Positions 1 through 14,207 of a DNA stretch of 64,000 nucleotides are shown here, in pieces. Source of the DNA: Calcarisporiella thermophila CBS 279.70 (taxonomy: Eukaryota > Fungi > Calcarisporiellomycota); assembly GCF_041956535.1 (NCBI RefSeq), contig NW_027192211.1, positions 158,461 to 222,460 on the forward strand. Reading direction: 5' to 3'. A program made the position numbers and the translations under genes. A model generated the notes under the pieces. It was not told the origin of the DNA. It worked only from the letters and a program-made list of their open reading frames with translations, and made no database searches. Numbering within the stretch: position 1 is the stretch's first letter; each line of letters begins with the position of its first letter.

Positions 1-151
1 CTCCCATATATACAAATTGAAACATGCAGCTTGGGAAGTTAATGCTGAAAGAAGGAATTTTAGAGCCTTCAGTTGGAAGAAAACTGATTATTTGAGACAA
101 CAAATATTTATTTTAAATATTTTTGAAAAAGAAAACATTTAATGTTAAATA

Positions 152-1237
152 TTACGAACGTTCTACTACATCGAAGAATATTTGCGAAAGGATTTCTCCT
201 TTGTATGCTAGACCAGCTTTGATGGTCTGACCAGGGAAAATTGGCCCTACTCCAGCAGGCGTACCAGTCAGTATTAGGTCCCCAGGTTCCAACCTCATAA
301 TAGAAGAAACATGCTGAATGAGTTGAGGGATTCTATTGGGTGCATAAGCAAAGCTTGTTGAAGGTTTAGAAAGTTCAGGCTTACAAATGGCTATCAGTTT
401 ACCGAAATATCATCTGCTGGGTGTTTCCTTTTTGTTTGAACTCATCGTTGACCTAAAGGAAAAAGATAAGTGGTTCTTAATTACGATGCAGCGAACAGTT
501 CAACAACCTTAAGCCATATGTCCAGGTTATGCGGATCAACCAGTTTATCTTTGGAAATAAAGTCTCTGTTTTGGAATAAGTCTATAGTCAAACCAAAAAG
601 TGATAAAAAATACCAACCCAACAGGCGTGAACGTATCAAATCCTTTTGCTTCAGTCCAGGGGAGTCCTTTTTTCTTTGCTTCGTTCTGAATAAATAATTA
701 AAAAAGAATTTAGTACGAGATTGCCACTAAAAAAAGGAGCTCAGTACAAACTTGGAGATTTCTTGCCGTCATGTCGATACCCAGAGCGTATCCTATTTTT
801 GCAAGAATATAAAATAAGGTAATTTGGTTCATACATGTTGTGATAACCTATTGTGTGTACCTGCAATGTATTCTTCTGCTTGATCACTCTTAATATCGCG
901 CCCTTCTTTTCCAATTACAACTCCAAGTTCAACTAATCAAAAAGAAAAGGTTCATAATTCCAAAAATTAAATGCAAATAAATTGCCACAATGAGAACCTT
1001 CATGGTGAACTTCGCATCCCTTTGGAATTTCTATTTTTCCGCCAATTGCAAGATAGCTAGAGGTGGGCTTTAGAAAGAAGAAGGGTTTTGTGGGAATCGC
1101 ATTGCCTAATTCTTTGGCATGTTCACTATTAAATAGTACTTGAGTATTTTCACGGAGATTTCAGCAGTGAAATGGCTCTACCTGAAATTGCGGCCAATGG
1201 CCACGATTTTACGCCCAGCAAGTGTAAAATTGCTCAT
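152..1237 (-). CDS. Fumarylacetoacetate hydrolase (FAH) domain protein, FAHD1/Fmp41-like, multi-exon
   Basis: Spliced translation: [108 protein letters not shown]. Not in the ORF track because the exons are short. Confidence 0.9.
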
Positions 1238-1588
1238 ATTCGAAGTTCAAGAGATGAGAAATGAATGAATCGCGTTGCGACATATTTTTAGAGCTTTGCT
1301 TTTTAACACCGAAAATTCAAACAGCGAAAATCGGCGAGGATTTAAGAGTGGAAGCACGATGTTACGGTGTACAATTTGAAAATGTAACGTGTTCAAAGCA
1401 AATCATCAAAATAAAAATGCAAAATACAAAAGAGTAATTGGAGAAAAAAAAAAAACCCGCCACTACACATATTCAGAGTATGTCATATGGATACGGCCAA
1501 TCCAAAATTGTTAGAAAAGTATAACCCAAAAAAGAGGAGAAAGTAAATAGTAATATTCCAATAAAAAACAATGTATTAGTTAAGAAAT

Positions 1589-2626
1589 TCAGTGGTGGTA
1601 TCCATCTGGCGCGTAACCATTATCGGCCGACGTTGTGTCGTGGAAATATAGGTGTTTCAATGCATCCTGAGCGGATATCCGATGTTGTGGCTGATATTGC
1701 AACATGCTCTGGATTAAATCCAATCCAAGAGGATCAACCATAGACAGGACGCGCGAGAGATCTTGCGGAGGATAATATGGGAAGCTACGCCGGTATTCAG
1801 GCAATTGTGATACTCCAGGCCAGGTTTGCTCAGTGGGAGTGCCCAGTAGGCGGAAAATCTTTAGAAGCTGATCTTCGTTATTTGTGCCAGGGAAGAGAGG
1901 CCGTCCAGTGTACATCTCAGCCATGATACAACCAGCGCTCCACATATCAATAGAGGTCGCATATGTACGAGAACCCAGTAGGACATCAGGGGCACGATAC
2001 CACAGGGTCACTACTTCATTAGAGAACGTGTTCACGGGAATACCAAAGGCGCGGGCAAGGCCAAAATCTGCTAATTTTAATTGACCCCGAGAGTTTATGA
2101 GTAGATTTTGGGGCTTCAAATCCTGGTGAAAAAGAAAACCTTATAAGAAAATAATATTAGTCATTAATGAAAAGCGCATACTCTATGTAAGACTCGGTTT
2201 TCATGGCAAAAAGCAATTCCCGTAAGCAGCTGGTACATAAATGACTTAATTGTTTGAGGCTCTAGAGCACCATTTTTTCCGTGGGTGTCCATAAAACGTT
2301 TAAGATCGGAATCCATATATCTGGATGGATATGTAAAACTTGAGGGGCGAGGTATATTTAAATTATAAAAACTTAGTAACTTACTCGAATATAAGACATA
2401 GCTTATTTTCTGTATGATTGACATCATGCAAACGGACAATGTTATCATGACGAAGTTCCTTCATAAGCGAAATCTCACGTATCGCAGTAGATGGTGCACC
2501 CTCCTCACTGTCCAAGGTGATCTCTTTAAGTGCTACAGTTTCATTTGTTTGGCGATTTTTTCCCTTAAATACAGTTGCATAGGTTCCCTCTCCAAGCTTC
2601 TCAAGGCGCAGATACTTGTCCGCCAT
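1589..2626 (-). CDS. PHO85: Cyclin-dependent kinase Pho85/CDK5 family, 3 exons
   Basis: [81 protein letters not shown]: the Pho85 signature. Confidence 0.93.
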
Positions 2627-3053
2627 ATTAACAGCACGGATAGGAAGTAATTAAGGAGAGTGAAGTGATGAGACAAAAAGCGTAAGGAAAAGCCTGAAAT
2701 ATAATTTGAGTCACTTAAAGTGGAAATTAATGATCTGATTTGGATCACAAAATGATCTGTGTGTATTGGTGACGTAATTAAACCAGATGAAGGTAACGAT
2801 CGAGCGTCGATTTGTTCTCTATCCACCCTCTTTTTTTTTTCTTGTCTTGGATTGCAGTGTGGGTGCAAATGTGGGTGCGCTTGAAACGTGCGGATCCGCA
2901 CGGGTGTGAAGGAGGGAGAAGTATTTAAACGAGGACATTTGTTTAATTTAAGCACTCACTTTTATTCATTTCTTCGCATTACGTTGTTGAACAACGGCAT
3001 TATTTATTTCATTTTCCATTTGATTTCCCAACCTTCCATCACTTCTCATAACA

Positions 3054-3647
3054 ATGTTCCGCTCTCTACTTTTACTACTTTCATTCTTTTCTCTTATCCT
3101 CGCGAAGGAAATAGAAGTACAAGTAGGACCACGTCCATTTACCTATGATCCCGCAACTCTCAATGTCGATGTTGGCGACAAGCTAGTTTTCCGCTTCATT
3201 AACGGAAATCACTCGGTTACACAGTCAGCTGAACTTAACTCTTGTGCCCCTGTTCCCAATGGTTTCGACTCGGATGTTAACGGGCCAGGCCGCTCTTTCA
3301 ACATCACCTTCAAGAAACCCGGGAAGTTCTGGTTCTACTGCAAGGTTGGTCAGCACTGCCAGAATGGTATGAAAGGCACCGTGATCGTTGGTAATGCACT
3401 GGCTGGCCCTGACAACTCTACTCTCCCGTCTGGCGTGTCTTCTGGCTCGCTTCCACCGACTGGCACACTGCCTGTATCAGCTGGCTCTGCACTTCCTAGT
3501 GATATTCCACGTGGTGTCACTCCCAGCGTCGTTCCTTCAGCTAGTGCAGGAGCAAATGCTGCTTCAAGTTCAGCGTCCCATCACTTGCAATCCCTCGGGC
3601 TCTTGTTAATGATACCGATTGCAGGAATTTATGCCCTTTCTTTCTAG
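3054..3647 (+). CDS. Secreted cupredoxin (plastocyanin-like) protein with Ser/Pro-rich stalk and probable GPI signal
   Basis: Signal peptide; NHSVTQ and FYCKVGQHCQNGMKG supply H/C/H/M type-1 Cu ligands; S/P-rich tail and hydrophobic C-terminus; single exon. Confidence 0.85.
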   Translation: MFRSLLLLLSFFSLILAKEIEVQVGPRPFTYDPATLNVDVGDKLVFRFINGNHSVTQSAELNSCAPVPNGFDSDVNGPGRSFNITFKKPGKFWFYCKVGQHCQNGMKGTVIVGNALAGPDNSTLPSGVSSGSLPPTGTLPVSAGSALPSDIPRGVTPSVVPSASAGANAASSSASHHLQSLGLLLMIPIAGIYALSF

Positions 3648-3874
3648 TTGGACTTTGAATCTGCATCTTTTAATCACTTGCCGTTCATTATACTGAAAGC
3701 TATATATCCTCTCCCCTAGTTAATTCTGTACAGAAATATATATTTCAGTCCTTCTAAGGATTCCTTTTTTTATTAAAAGTTCATTTTTTCACATCCAAGT
3801 AAATCGCATCAAATTTAACCGTCACAAATCAACCATTTTTAACCTTGCAAATTTCATCCTATTTAGTGCCACTA

Positions 3875-6336
3875 ATGGATCAGCAGGATAACACCCCTAG
3901 TGGTAGTAATCGTAGAAGAAGGCATGTATAACGTGTCCAGAATTATATCAGGATGCTTTTTTAATGAATAATCCTGATAGCTTGGTTAAGCTCTCTACAA
4001 GTCACCACCATGTTGGAACTCATTTACAATGTGTCCGTCCAACAGAGGATATTTTTAACACTGAAAATCCTCACATAAAAGAGGTAAATTTAGTCTAAAT
4101 GTCCTTTACAACACGCGCCTTACCAAGTGAAATAGGATATTATTCGAATGATACTACAATATTTATCGGATGAAGGGTACCATGCATCAAAAACACTACT
4201 TCAAGATGAAACAAATGTTAAATGGCATGAGCGTGAGGAGAAATTGGCAGAGGCCAGGAGGTTGAAAAAAGCAATTCTAGGTACTATTTAAATCTGTCTT
4301 TACCTTTCTTTTAACACACTTATCGATACGCACCTGTTTTAATAGATGGAGATTGGGTTGAGGTAGAAAAGCTATGTTCAAAGTCTCTTGTAAAGAATCA
4401 GAAGGCTTTCCTATATGCGTTATATAAACAGCAGTATCTTGAATATATTGAGAATCATGAATTTCAAAAGGTGAACATATTCTTAAGACTCCTAGCATAT
4501 TGTGGGCTCATCTGTTTTTTAGGCATTTACTTTTTTAAATAAGAGATTAAAGCCTATGGAGCATTTTCAGACCACTCCAAATGAATTCAAAGATCTATGC
4601 TATCTTTTAACGGCAAAGTCAGTACATGAAGCATCAAGCTTCAAAGGGTGGGAGGGAATAGGACCAGCTAGGTAAAATACAATGTTTTGATAATTGTTCA
4701 GACAAACTGTTTTAAAAAGGTAGACTATAGAGAGAAGCTGGTTGAGCAGTTTCAAAATATTCTGGATTTCGAAAATGTCGATAAAGATGGTATGGGAGTT
4801 TTCAATATTTATAATATGTCGATTTTCTTAACCACTCCTTTACCAGGCAACTCCTATGTTCCTCCTCACCGACTCCTCACTCTCCTGCGTCAAGCGGTCG
4901 CATATCAAATAGAATTTTCAAGGTATCATCCACGTACAGCACCAGTTATAGACACGTACGTACCAGTGGAACTATTTACTAAAACTTCGGACATAGATAT
5001 TAAATTTATTTATGTAATTTCCTTAATGATATTTAAGCCTGATGGAGGATTATACCTGTTTTGTCATACCAAATGCTGTGCGCGCAAGGCTCTGTGGCCA
5101 CCGTGGGAATGTAAAGTGTGTATCATTTTTGGGTGAAGAAGGACGGCAGATAGTCAGCGGCTCGAGGTATAAAATATTTTCAATATAACTTTACTAGCAT
5201 GCATTTGTTTACGTATATCTCTCTAGTGACAATACACTAAGAGTATGGGACACCGAGACATCACAGTGCCTAGGAATTCTTGAAGGCCATACCTCTAGGA
5301 TCTGGGACGTTTCATCAATCAAGGGTGGTAATATGATTGCAAGTGCCAGTGGAGATGGAACTGTTAAGGTTTATGATCGGATTTTTTATCCAAATTTATC
5401 TATTATTTACCCCTACGCTCTCCCTTATAGCTATGGGATACAAAGGGGAGCAAGTTTCCTTGTATTTCTACCCTCTCAGGTCACTCCGGAGATGTATATA
5501 CCGTAAAATATCACCCGAATGAGGTAAACAGCGTTAGCTAAATTAGCCACAGCTATTTCATACTAATTATCATTATAGACGCACATAGCTACAGGGGGCT
5601 ATGACAAGATTGTGCGTTTATATGATGTGAATACCGGCCAAATAGTCAAAACTTTTACAGGGCACCAGCTCTCAGTTTCGAAGACAACTTTCAATCCACT
5701 GGGGAATTTAATTATTAGCGGGTGTGTCATTATACTCTTGGGTATGATATTAAGGCATTAATTTGATATGATTATACAGGTCTAAAGATAACACGATTAA
5801 ATTCTGGGATATTGTTTCTGGCCTGTGTATTCGGAGCATTACCTCACATTTGGGTGAGGTGACTTCAGTTGAAATGAACTCTAACGGGACTTTACTTCTC
5901 AGCAGTTCGAAGGATAACTCTAACAGATTGTGGGATGTGCGCATGGTAGGGAGTATTGAAACTCTATTGTGTAATGGATGCATTAACTTTCAAAACTAGG
6001 TACGACCCATTCGAAAGTTGAAAGGACATCAGAATACATCTAAGAATTTCATTCGTGCGACCTTTGCCCATCATAACTTAGTTGTTGGAGGTTCAGAGGT
6101 AATTTAATTGTATTCATATTTTGATTCTTTCGCCTCACATATTCGTGTAGGATGGAGTGGTATATATATGGGACCAGGAAACTGGTGAAATCTTGCAGCG
6201 TCTACGTGGGCATGATGGAATTGTTTACAGCGCGGTCTGGAATGGATGGCAATCGCTTTTGTGCTCGTGTTCGGACGATTACACGTTGCGCACTTGGTGG
6301 TTTGATGAAAAGAATCTCAATCAAGAAGTACTGTAA
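3875..6336 (+). CDS. LisH/CTLH-like N-terminal domain plus WD40-repeat protein, many exons
   Basis: ILQYLSDEGYHASKTLLQDE (LisH); DGDWVEVEKLC..FLYALYKQQYLEYIE (CTLH); VPPHRLLTLLRQAVAYQ; then about 7 WD repeats (GHRGNV..SGSSDNTLRVWD, GHTSRIWDV, GGYDKIVRLYD, SKDNTIKFWD, SKDNSNRLWD, SCSDDYTLRTWW). Confidence 0.82.
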
Positions 6337-6604
6337 ACTGTTAAGCGTATTTGCTTCTCCAATAAACTCTGAAATTTGTACACTGACAAATTGACTGTCG
6401 TCAGTATTTTGAGCAATTTGTTCAGGGTAATATTACGCGAGTTATGCCGTGAGATTTTTTGCGGAGTTAACAGCCCTTCAAGTCACATTTAAAATGATGC
6501 ATTGTGAGACGAGGCATCTATTCTCCATATTTCGTGTATTCTAACTTCAATTCCTCTACGAATATTGCGTGGTTTGGTTTAGCATTTTTGTTGAAAATTA
6601 TACA

Positions 6605-9600
6605 ATGCCCGAGTCGTCCGAATTAGAATTTCTCAGGGGTGGTGTTAAGGTGTGCATAGATCGCGGTGGCACCTTTACAGATTGTGTCGGTTTTATCCCG
6701 GAGAAAGATGGCGGGGTGCGCGAAGTGGTTGTGAAATTGCTGAGCGTTGATCCTAGTTACCCAGATGCTCCTCGTGAGGGAATTCGTAGAATTCTTGAAA
6801 TGGCCACTGGTCTAAATATCTCTAAAGATGAGCCTTTACCCACCGATTATCTTGGTAAGGTATTCAATTTCACAATTTGTTGTTAATCGAAACTAATTAG
6901 AAAATAGCTTCTATTCGTATGGGAACAACGGTTGCAACCAATGCTTTATTGGAGAGGAAAGGAGAGCGTTGCGCTCTTCTGATAACCAAGGGTTATAAAG
7001 TATTATATTCATAAGTCTATGTGAAATATCGTATTAATCATTGGCTTTATCTTATATGCATCTTGAAAGGACCTACTGATTATCGGTAACTTTCGTGCTT
7101 ATAACTGTATCTAGTGCTCCTCTGCCTATTCTAAGTATTCTTGTCTTTAGGCAACCAGTCGCGTCCGAAAATATTCGATTTATCAATTAAGAAACCCGAT
7201 GTGTTGTATCAAAATGTGGTTGAGATAAACGAAAGGTAAGTTGTGTACACTTCTACCTAATAATAGACTTATTTTAAAGTTTTCGAATTCTATTTGAAAA
7301 TAGAGTTGTGTTGGTCGATCCCAGGGCTATAAATGAAGAAGATGTTACGAAAGCAGATCTTAATAACACAGGTATCTTGAAGGGCATCTCTGGCGAATAT
7401 ATCAAAGTACTTAAGCCGTTAGGTAAATATATACTATAATCTTTCTAAGTATTCTATTTACACCAAGTATTTCCGTCAACTAGACCACGAGGAAGTGAAG
7501 AGGCAGCTCCAGGAACTTTTCAATGATGGGTACCGCAGTATTGCGGTGTGCTTGATGCATTCCTACACTTATTCAGGTAGTGATTAGCTATTGAACTCTC
7601 CTTCCATATTTTAGATTAATTTTATATAAATGTTACAGAGCATGAACGAGCTATTGGCGAAATTGCTAGGTCGATCGGCTTTACCCATATCAGCATTTCT
7701 GCAGATGTTATGCCCATGGTCAAAATAGTTCCTCGTGGAACATCTTCTACCGCAGACGCGTATCTTACCCCCCAGATCCGTAAATATGTAGACGGCTTCG
7801 TCTCAGGATTTGATGAAAAACTGGGAGAAAATACCAGGATTGAATTTATGCAGAGTGATGGGGGTCTAGTTCCAGTTGATAAATTTTCTGGATTTCGAGC
7901 AATTCTCTCGGGCCCGGCTGGTGGGGTAGTAGGTAATGCGTTTATTTAGTTCTCTTTACATTACACGTATTAATGTTTATTTTCTAGGATATGCTCTAAC
8001 CTCTTGGAGTTCTAAAGAGAATGCCCCTATTATTGGTTTCGATATGGGGGGTACTAGTACAGGTAATGATGATCCAATAGAATGGTGAGATGCGATTCCT
8101 CAGCCAAATATTATTCAACTAGATGTTTCTCGATATTCTGGGATTTATGAACATGTTTTTGAAACCACCACCGCTGGTATTACGGTTCAGGCACCCCAGC
8201 TAGACATCCTCACAGTAAAGAGATTGAACCTACTTTTTGTAAATTCAATGATAAATATCTAAATCGTTCTTTGATAACCATAGGTTGCTGCCGGTGGTGG
8301 CTCTCAGCTGTTTTTCCGAAACGGCCTTTTTGTCGTTGGTCCGGAGGTAATGAACTTAAATACTATGAAATAATAATGAGTTACATATAATTAGTTACAT
8401 ATTTTATATAGAGTGCTGGAGCTCATCCTGGCCCAGCTTGTTATCGTAAAGGAGGACCTCTTACAGTGACTGATGCAAATCTGATACTTGGCCGTTTACT
8501 ACCCGATTTTTTCCCTAAAATATTCGGCCCAAATGCTAATGAAGCTTTAGATTTTGAAGCGTCGCAACAACTCTTCCAGCGTCTTACAGAAGAAATCAAT
8601 GCATCTACTCACAACAAACTTAGTATAGATGAGGTCGCATATGGGTATACTGATCATCTCACGTATATACCGGTCTTACTATTTAAATTCTGATTTTTTT
8701 GTCATTGTCCGTAGTTTTATCAAAGTGGCCAACGAAGCAATGTGTAGACCTATTAGAGCGCTAACAGAAGCGAAAGGCCATGACACCTCAAATCATATTT
8801 TGGCTTGTTTTGGAGGGGCTGGAGGGCAGCATGGTATAACTAGCTTTGCTCTGTCCAAGATGAACGTAGCAATTATTAATATTTTGTTGTTGTAGCTTGC
8901 GCCATAGCCCGCACACTTGGAATTGGGAAAATATATATACATCGTTATTCGTCCGTTTTATCTGCTTATGGCTTAGCTCTTGCTGATGTTGTACATGAGG
9001 CTCAGGAGCCGAGTGCAGAAATACTTGACGGCTCGAATATGCAGCGTATTCAAAATCGCATCAATGAGCTTAAGCATGAGTGTATAACTGAATTGATGCA
9101 ACAAGGTTTCATAGAAAATCAGATGAAGTTTGAAATCTATTTGAACCTAAGGTATCAAGGGACCGATTTTGGTTTCATGACGCTAAAACCAGATAATTCT
9201 TGGGATTTTAAAGCCGTATTTGTCGAAATGTATAACCGTGAATTCGGATTCACTCTTCCTGATCGCGACATTATAGTTGACGATATTCGTATCCGTTCAA
9301 TCGGTCGGTCTCTTGACTATACCTTTAAATCAGTATATGACGAGCTGCGAAACCTCAGTCCCACGGTTATTGACTCTTCAAAGACACGGGAAAATACTGC
9401 GATGGTTTATTTTGAGAGCGGGAGACTAGAGACTCCTATATTACGTCTTGAGGATCTCTCTATTGGAAGCAAAATTATGGGACCCGTACTGATAATCGAT
9501 GCCAATTCTACTATAGTGGTCGAGCCTGGATGCTCTGCTATTCTGACCTCCACTCATGTGGTGATTAATGTTGGTGAAGAAGCGAAGAAAAAAGTCACAG

Positions 9601-11845
9601 TCGAGATGGATCCAATCCAACTCTCAATTTTCTCCCATCGGTTTATGAGTATTGCAGAACAAATGGGTAAAACTCTGCAGAAAACCTCTATCTCAACCAA
9701 TATCAAGGAGCGCTTAGACTTTTCGTGTGCATTGTTTGGTCCCGACGGTGGCCTTGTTGCTAATGGTAAGAAGGATAAAATTAAATTCAATTTCTTATTA
9801 AAATTAAATATATCTTTACCAATAGCACCACATATTCCTGTGCATCTTGGGAGTCTGAGCCATGCTGTAAAATGGCAGATGAATTATTGGAAAGATGATA
9901 TTAAAGAAGGTGATGTTATCATGTCTAATCATCCGTCAGCCGGAGGGTCCCATCTACCCGGTAAGTTGCTTTATCAAATTTACTTCTTATTTGAAATCAT
10001 ATAATAATATGCATTATGTACAGACATTACTATCATAACTCCAGTGTTCGAGGGGAGTAAAATAGTTTTCTTCGTTGCATCTCGTGGCCATCATGCAGAT
10101 ATTGGTGGCATTCTTCCAGGTATTATTAGGAGCACAGTATATATATTTTATATAATAATTTCTTAATCTCTGACTTTAATATTAGGGTCAATGCCGCCGC
10201 ACTCCAAAGAGCTTTATCAAGAAGGTGCCGCTGTCAAATCATTCAAGATCGTATCACAAGGCAAATTTGATCTAGATGGTCTAGTGGATATCCTACAAAA
10301 TCAGCCAGCACAACATCCAGGCTGTAGTGGGACACGTGGTCTTAGAGATAATATTTCCGATCTCAAAGCTCAAATTGCTGCAAACCATAAAGGTATTACG
10401 TTGGTCAAATCTCTCATCCAGGAATATGGTCTCGAAGTTGTACAAGCATACATGATGCACATCCGAAAGACTGCTGAGCTTGCTGTGCGTGACCTGCTAA
10501 AAGATGTAAGCAGACGATTTGCAGATCGTCCACTAAAGTCCATTGATTACATGGACGACGGAACCCCAATCGCACTTCAGATTACAATTAATGCATCAGA
10601 AGGATCTGCAGTTTTTGATTTCGAGGGTACTGGTCCGGAAGTCTATGGTATGGAAAGACAGAATTATTTATGAATATGGCAGCATTAATCTCAGTCCTCT
10701 GCTTTATTTTGAAGGCAACTGCAACGCTCCACCATCGGTACATCATGCGCTTACCAGTTTAACTCATTGGCTTGTTGTTAATCTTCTTTACTTATTTAGG
10801 TTACTCATAGTGCTATCATTTATTGTCTTCGCTCTTTAGTCGCTGCTGATATTCCACTTAATCAGGGCTGCCTTGCGCCAATTACGGTGAAAATTCCGCA
10901 AGGGTCTCTGCTCTCTCCATCAGACAGAGCAGCGGTAGTGGGCGGAAACGTGCTGACATCACAACGCGTAGTTGATGTGGTTCTCAAGGCTTTCCAAGCC
11001 TGTGCTGCTAGTCAAGGTTGCTGCAATAATTTGACATTTGGCAGTGGTGGCAAATTGGACACCGGTGATATCGTTGAAGGTTTTGGTTATTATGAAACTA
11101 TTGCAGGAGGTACTATTGATTTTTTTTCTATTCTGTTAAGAATATCTAATTATTATTTTTTACAAATAGGGAGCGGTGCAGGGCCTAATTGGGATGGACA
11201 AAGTAAGTGAAATCAATAGTTTAATTTTTTCATACATTTTATTTAGCCTTATCTGAAATATTTCTATTGCTAGGTGGAGTCCATACGGTAGGCATTTATA
11301 TCTTTTCTGCATTTATTATATAAAAATCTAATAGTTAAATGCTACTTAGCACATGACCAACACTCGTATAACAGATCCAGAAATTCTTGAGCGAAGATAT
11401 AAAGGGGTACTTCTTAGAGAATTTTGTTTACGCAAAGGTATCAAGGATGTTTTTGTTTTTTTACCAAGAGATTATTTATAATTCATCGATTTTATTTTTC
11501 TTAGGTTCTGGTGGTAAAGGTCAATATCGCGGTGGGGATGGGGTGATTCGTGATATAGAATTCCGTGAACCTCTGCAGGTTAGCATTTTATCGGAGCGTC
11601 GAGTTTTTTCGCCTTACGGGATCCAGGGTGGTGAGGATGGAGCAAAGGGGCTGAATATATGGATCCGAAAGCAAAATGGAACCGAGGCTGTTATTAATCT
11701 TGGAGGAAAAAATACTATTAAAGTGGCCGCGGGAGATCGGGTTGTGATCTGTACTCCTGGAGGTGGAGGCTGGGGATCACCAGATGATGATACTGAAAAG
11801 GTACCTGATGAGGCATTGTCTCGTTTTTTCACTTCGTCATCTTAG
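6605..11845 (+). CDS. OXP1: 5-oxoprolinase (ATP-hydrolysing), hydantoinase A+B fusion, heavily intron-interrupted; exact 3' end uncertain (possible last exon to about 11894)
   Basis: [127 protein letters not shown]. Confidence 0.95.
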
Positions 11846-12039
11846 GAAGCCAAGCTATTGGGGTTTTAAACGAAGGATCGAAATATATACTATAAAATAT
11901 CATTAATTTATTAAACGGTATCTTCTGTACTATTAAGACAACAGGCTGAAATATGAAAGAATGAAATGCTAAGATACACAAAAAGATATATAAATAAAGT
12001 CTAGATAATATTTCCCTTATTAAATAAATAATTTTAATA

Positions 12040-13906
12040 TTACATGATTGAGCAATCAAAATTCAGATCATGAGCATCACACCACCTTAATTGAGTCAGA
12101 GCCTCAATATCCTCAATAGCCTGTTCTTTTTCAAGATCCTTTTGTTTCTTACGGATCTCCTTAGGAAAATAAAGCTCTAGAAGATTGAGCATTGAAGTAT
12201 CGAGGTTACTAGAATCAGCCTTTGCAACCATCTCGCGACCTCGACAGAGAGGACAATCCGTGTGTCCCATGCGCTGGGCTTTAACTAGACATCGTACGCA
12301 AAATACGTGGTTGCAGTTTAAACGAATCGGCTTCCAACAAATCTCTAAAAACCAATAAAGAGTTAAGGGTAAAATATAATCAAATAACTAGTTTTAATCT
12401 TACGCATGCAGATTGGACAAGAATAATCGCTTGGTTGAGGAATGACAGTCAAGAGTTGCGACTAACAAGAATAGGAAGATAAAAAAAATCAATTTAGCCG
12501 CCAAATATAATTGAAAAAAATTTAAAGACTTACTGATATGTTGTAGCACATCTGTCTCACTAGTGTTTGCGTAAGATATGGATTGTGTGAAATCAGCTTT
12601 TTAAATCCTTGACGTGCCCTATACGATAATTAGGGTTAGGACAGTTTATCATAATCATAAGTAAATAGGCTCACCTAAGATGAGTTCGTTTATCATGCTT
12701 CTTTAGGATTTTTTCCATTGCTAATTGATTCAAACTTTCTAATCGTTTCATATGGATTATGTCGTAATTAATTCTAACGAAATCTTCAAAAACCCTTTGG
12801 GAATCACGACGACTTAATTTCGAGAGCTATAAATTGGGTAAGACAATGAGCCAAAGAATATAAGGGGATAAAATAAAGCCAATAAAATACCAATTTTTGT
12901 TTACGAGCTTCTTCGATGAAATCATTAAAGAGCTGTTGTGACACTTCCCAAGAGCGCTCCTGATGATCCGCTTCATGTTCTCCTACGAAAATTTCTTCTT
13001 CTTGATAGAGTTGAAGGAGGCGACGCCTGCATATATATCGAGTTAATTGGTATGATCAACTCAAAAGTATGGATCGGGAAGGATTACCAAACATAAAGTT
13101 CCTTCTTGTATGGGGAAGCCTATTAATTAAAAACAATTATGCATTAGCATATGGTTAGGATAGCCGATGGATAGCTGCATGTACAATTTTTGACATATTC
13201 AGGCTGAGCTGGTTGACTCGGTCACTAAACTCGATCCGTTGTGATTCACACATCTCTTGTATGTTGGAGATCTCCTTTAAAAGCATATGAAAGAATTCTG
13301 CGTCTGTTTTGATCTCGAGAATAAGCATTCTGAAATTAAATTCAAAGTTATCTTACATAAAGTGTAAAACAAGTATATATGTATTTTGACTCACTGTTTT
13401 CCTGATACAGTTTCTAGCTCAGCAATACTTTGATTATTCCTAGTATCTTGTGAGCATTCTATGGGTTGAAAAGCTTTAGCAGTGGTATCCGAAGCCAATA
13501 TAAGACTTGGTGAGTTTGAGGAAGCCTCCACGGGTGTAAGTTGGATATGTTCCAGGACATTCTGAAAGTAGGTATCATCCTCGATCATTATTTTTATTTG
13601 GGTGTGAAGATCTGATTCATTTCCTAACTCATATATAATAGATGAATATAAGTAATGGATCGCGAAAGGAAGCAATAGAAAATGTGTACCTGAGAAGAGA
13701 TACTCTACGTGATGAAGAGTCTCGTCATTTCCAGCAGTGCCACTGGAGAGCCATTCTCTAAGAACTTGGGAGGAGAGGCCGCGGCTCTCCAGCTCGGATA
13801 CTATAGCGTTGATAACTTTCTTTAATGCGCGGTAGGGCAATACGTACTGCCGCCACTCAGAAGGAATGTCAGCAACACTCGACTCCAGCTGTTTTGCGAA
13901 TTTCAT
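12040..13906 (-). CDS. SPX-domain plus RING-finger E3 ubiquitin ligase (S. pombe Pqr1 / plant NLA-like)
   Basis: N-terminal MKFAKQLE..PSEWRQYVLPYRALKKVI (SPX); KILKKHDKRT; RING PQPSDYSCPICM..WKPIRLNCNHVFCVRCLVKAQ..CPLCR; FPKEIRKKQK; ends CSIM*. Confidence 0.88.
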
Positions 13907-14207
13907 ACTTTTCGTGTGAGAGGATATTCAAATGGGGAGGAATTGAATGTATTATCTAGTAGCCGCATTAGCTTAAACAAGAGTGAGAAAAAAACATCAG
14001 CTTGAGGTGTCCAAAAGAAGAGCCAAACTCCATAATTTATTGGATGCAATCACAAGCCATCCATATTTGGTAGAATGTGACCAATTGAAATGAGCGGTCG
14101 GGTCATATACAACAAACAACCTTTTGCGTTATTTTCCGGTTCTTGAGGGATATATATTCAAGAAGCGCAGAGTTTCCAAACAAAGATTCTGGAAAAAATA
14201 CACGAAA

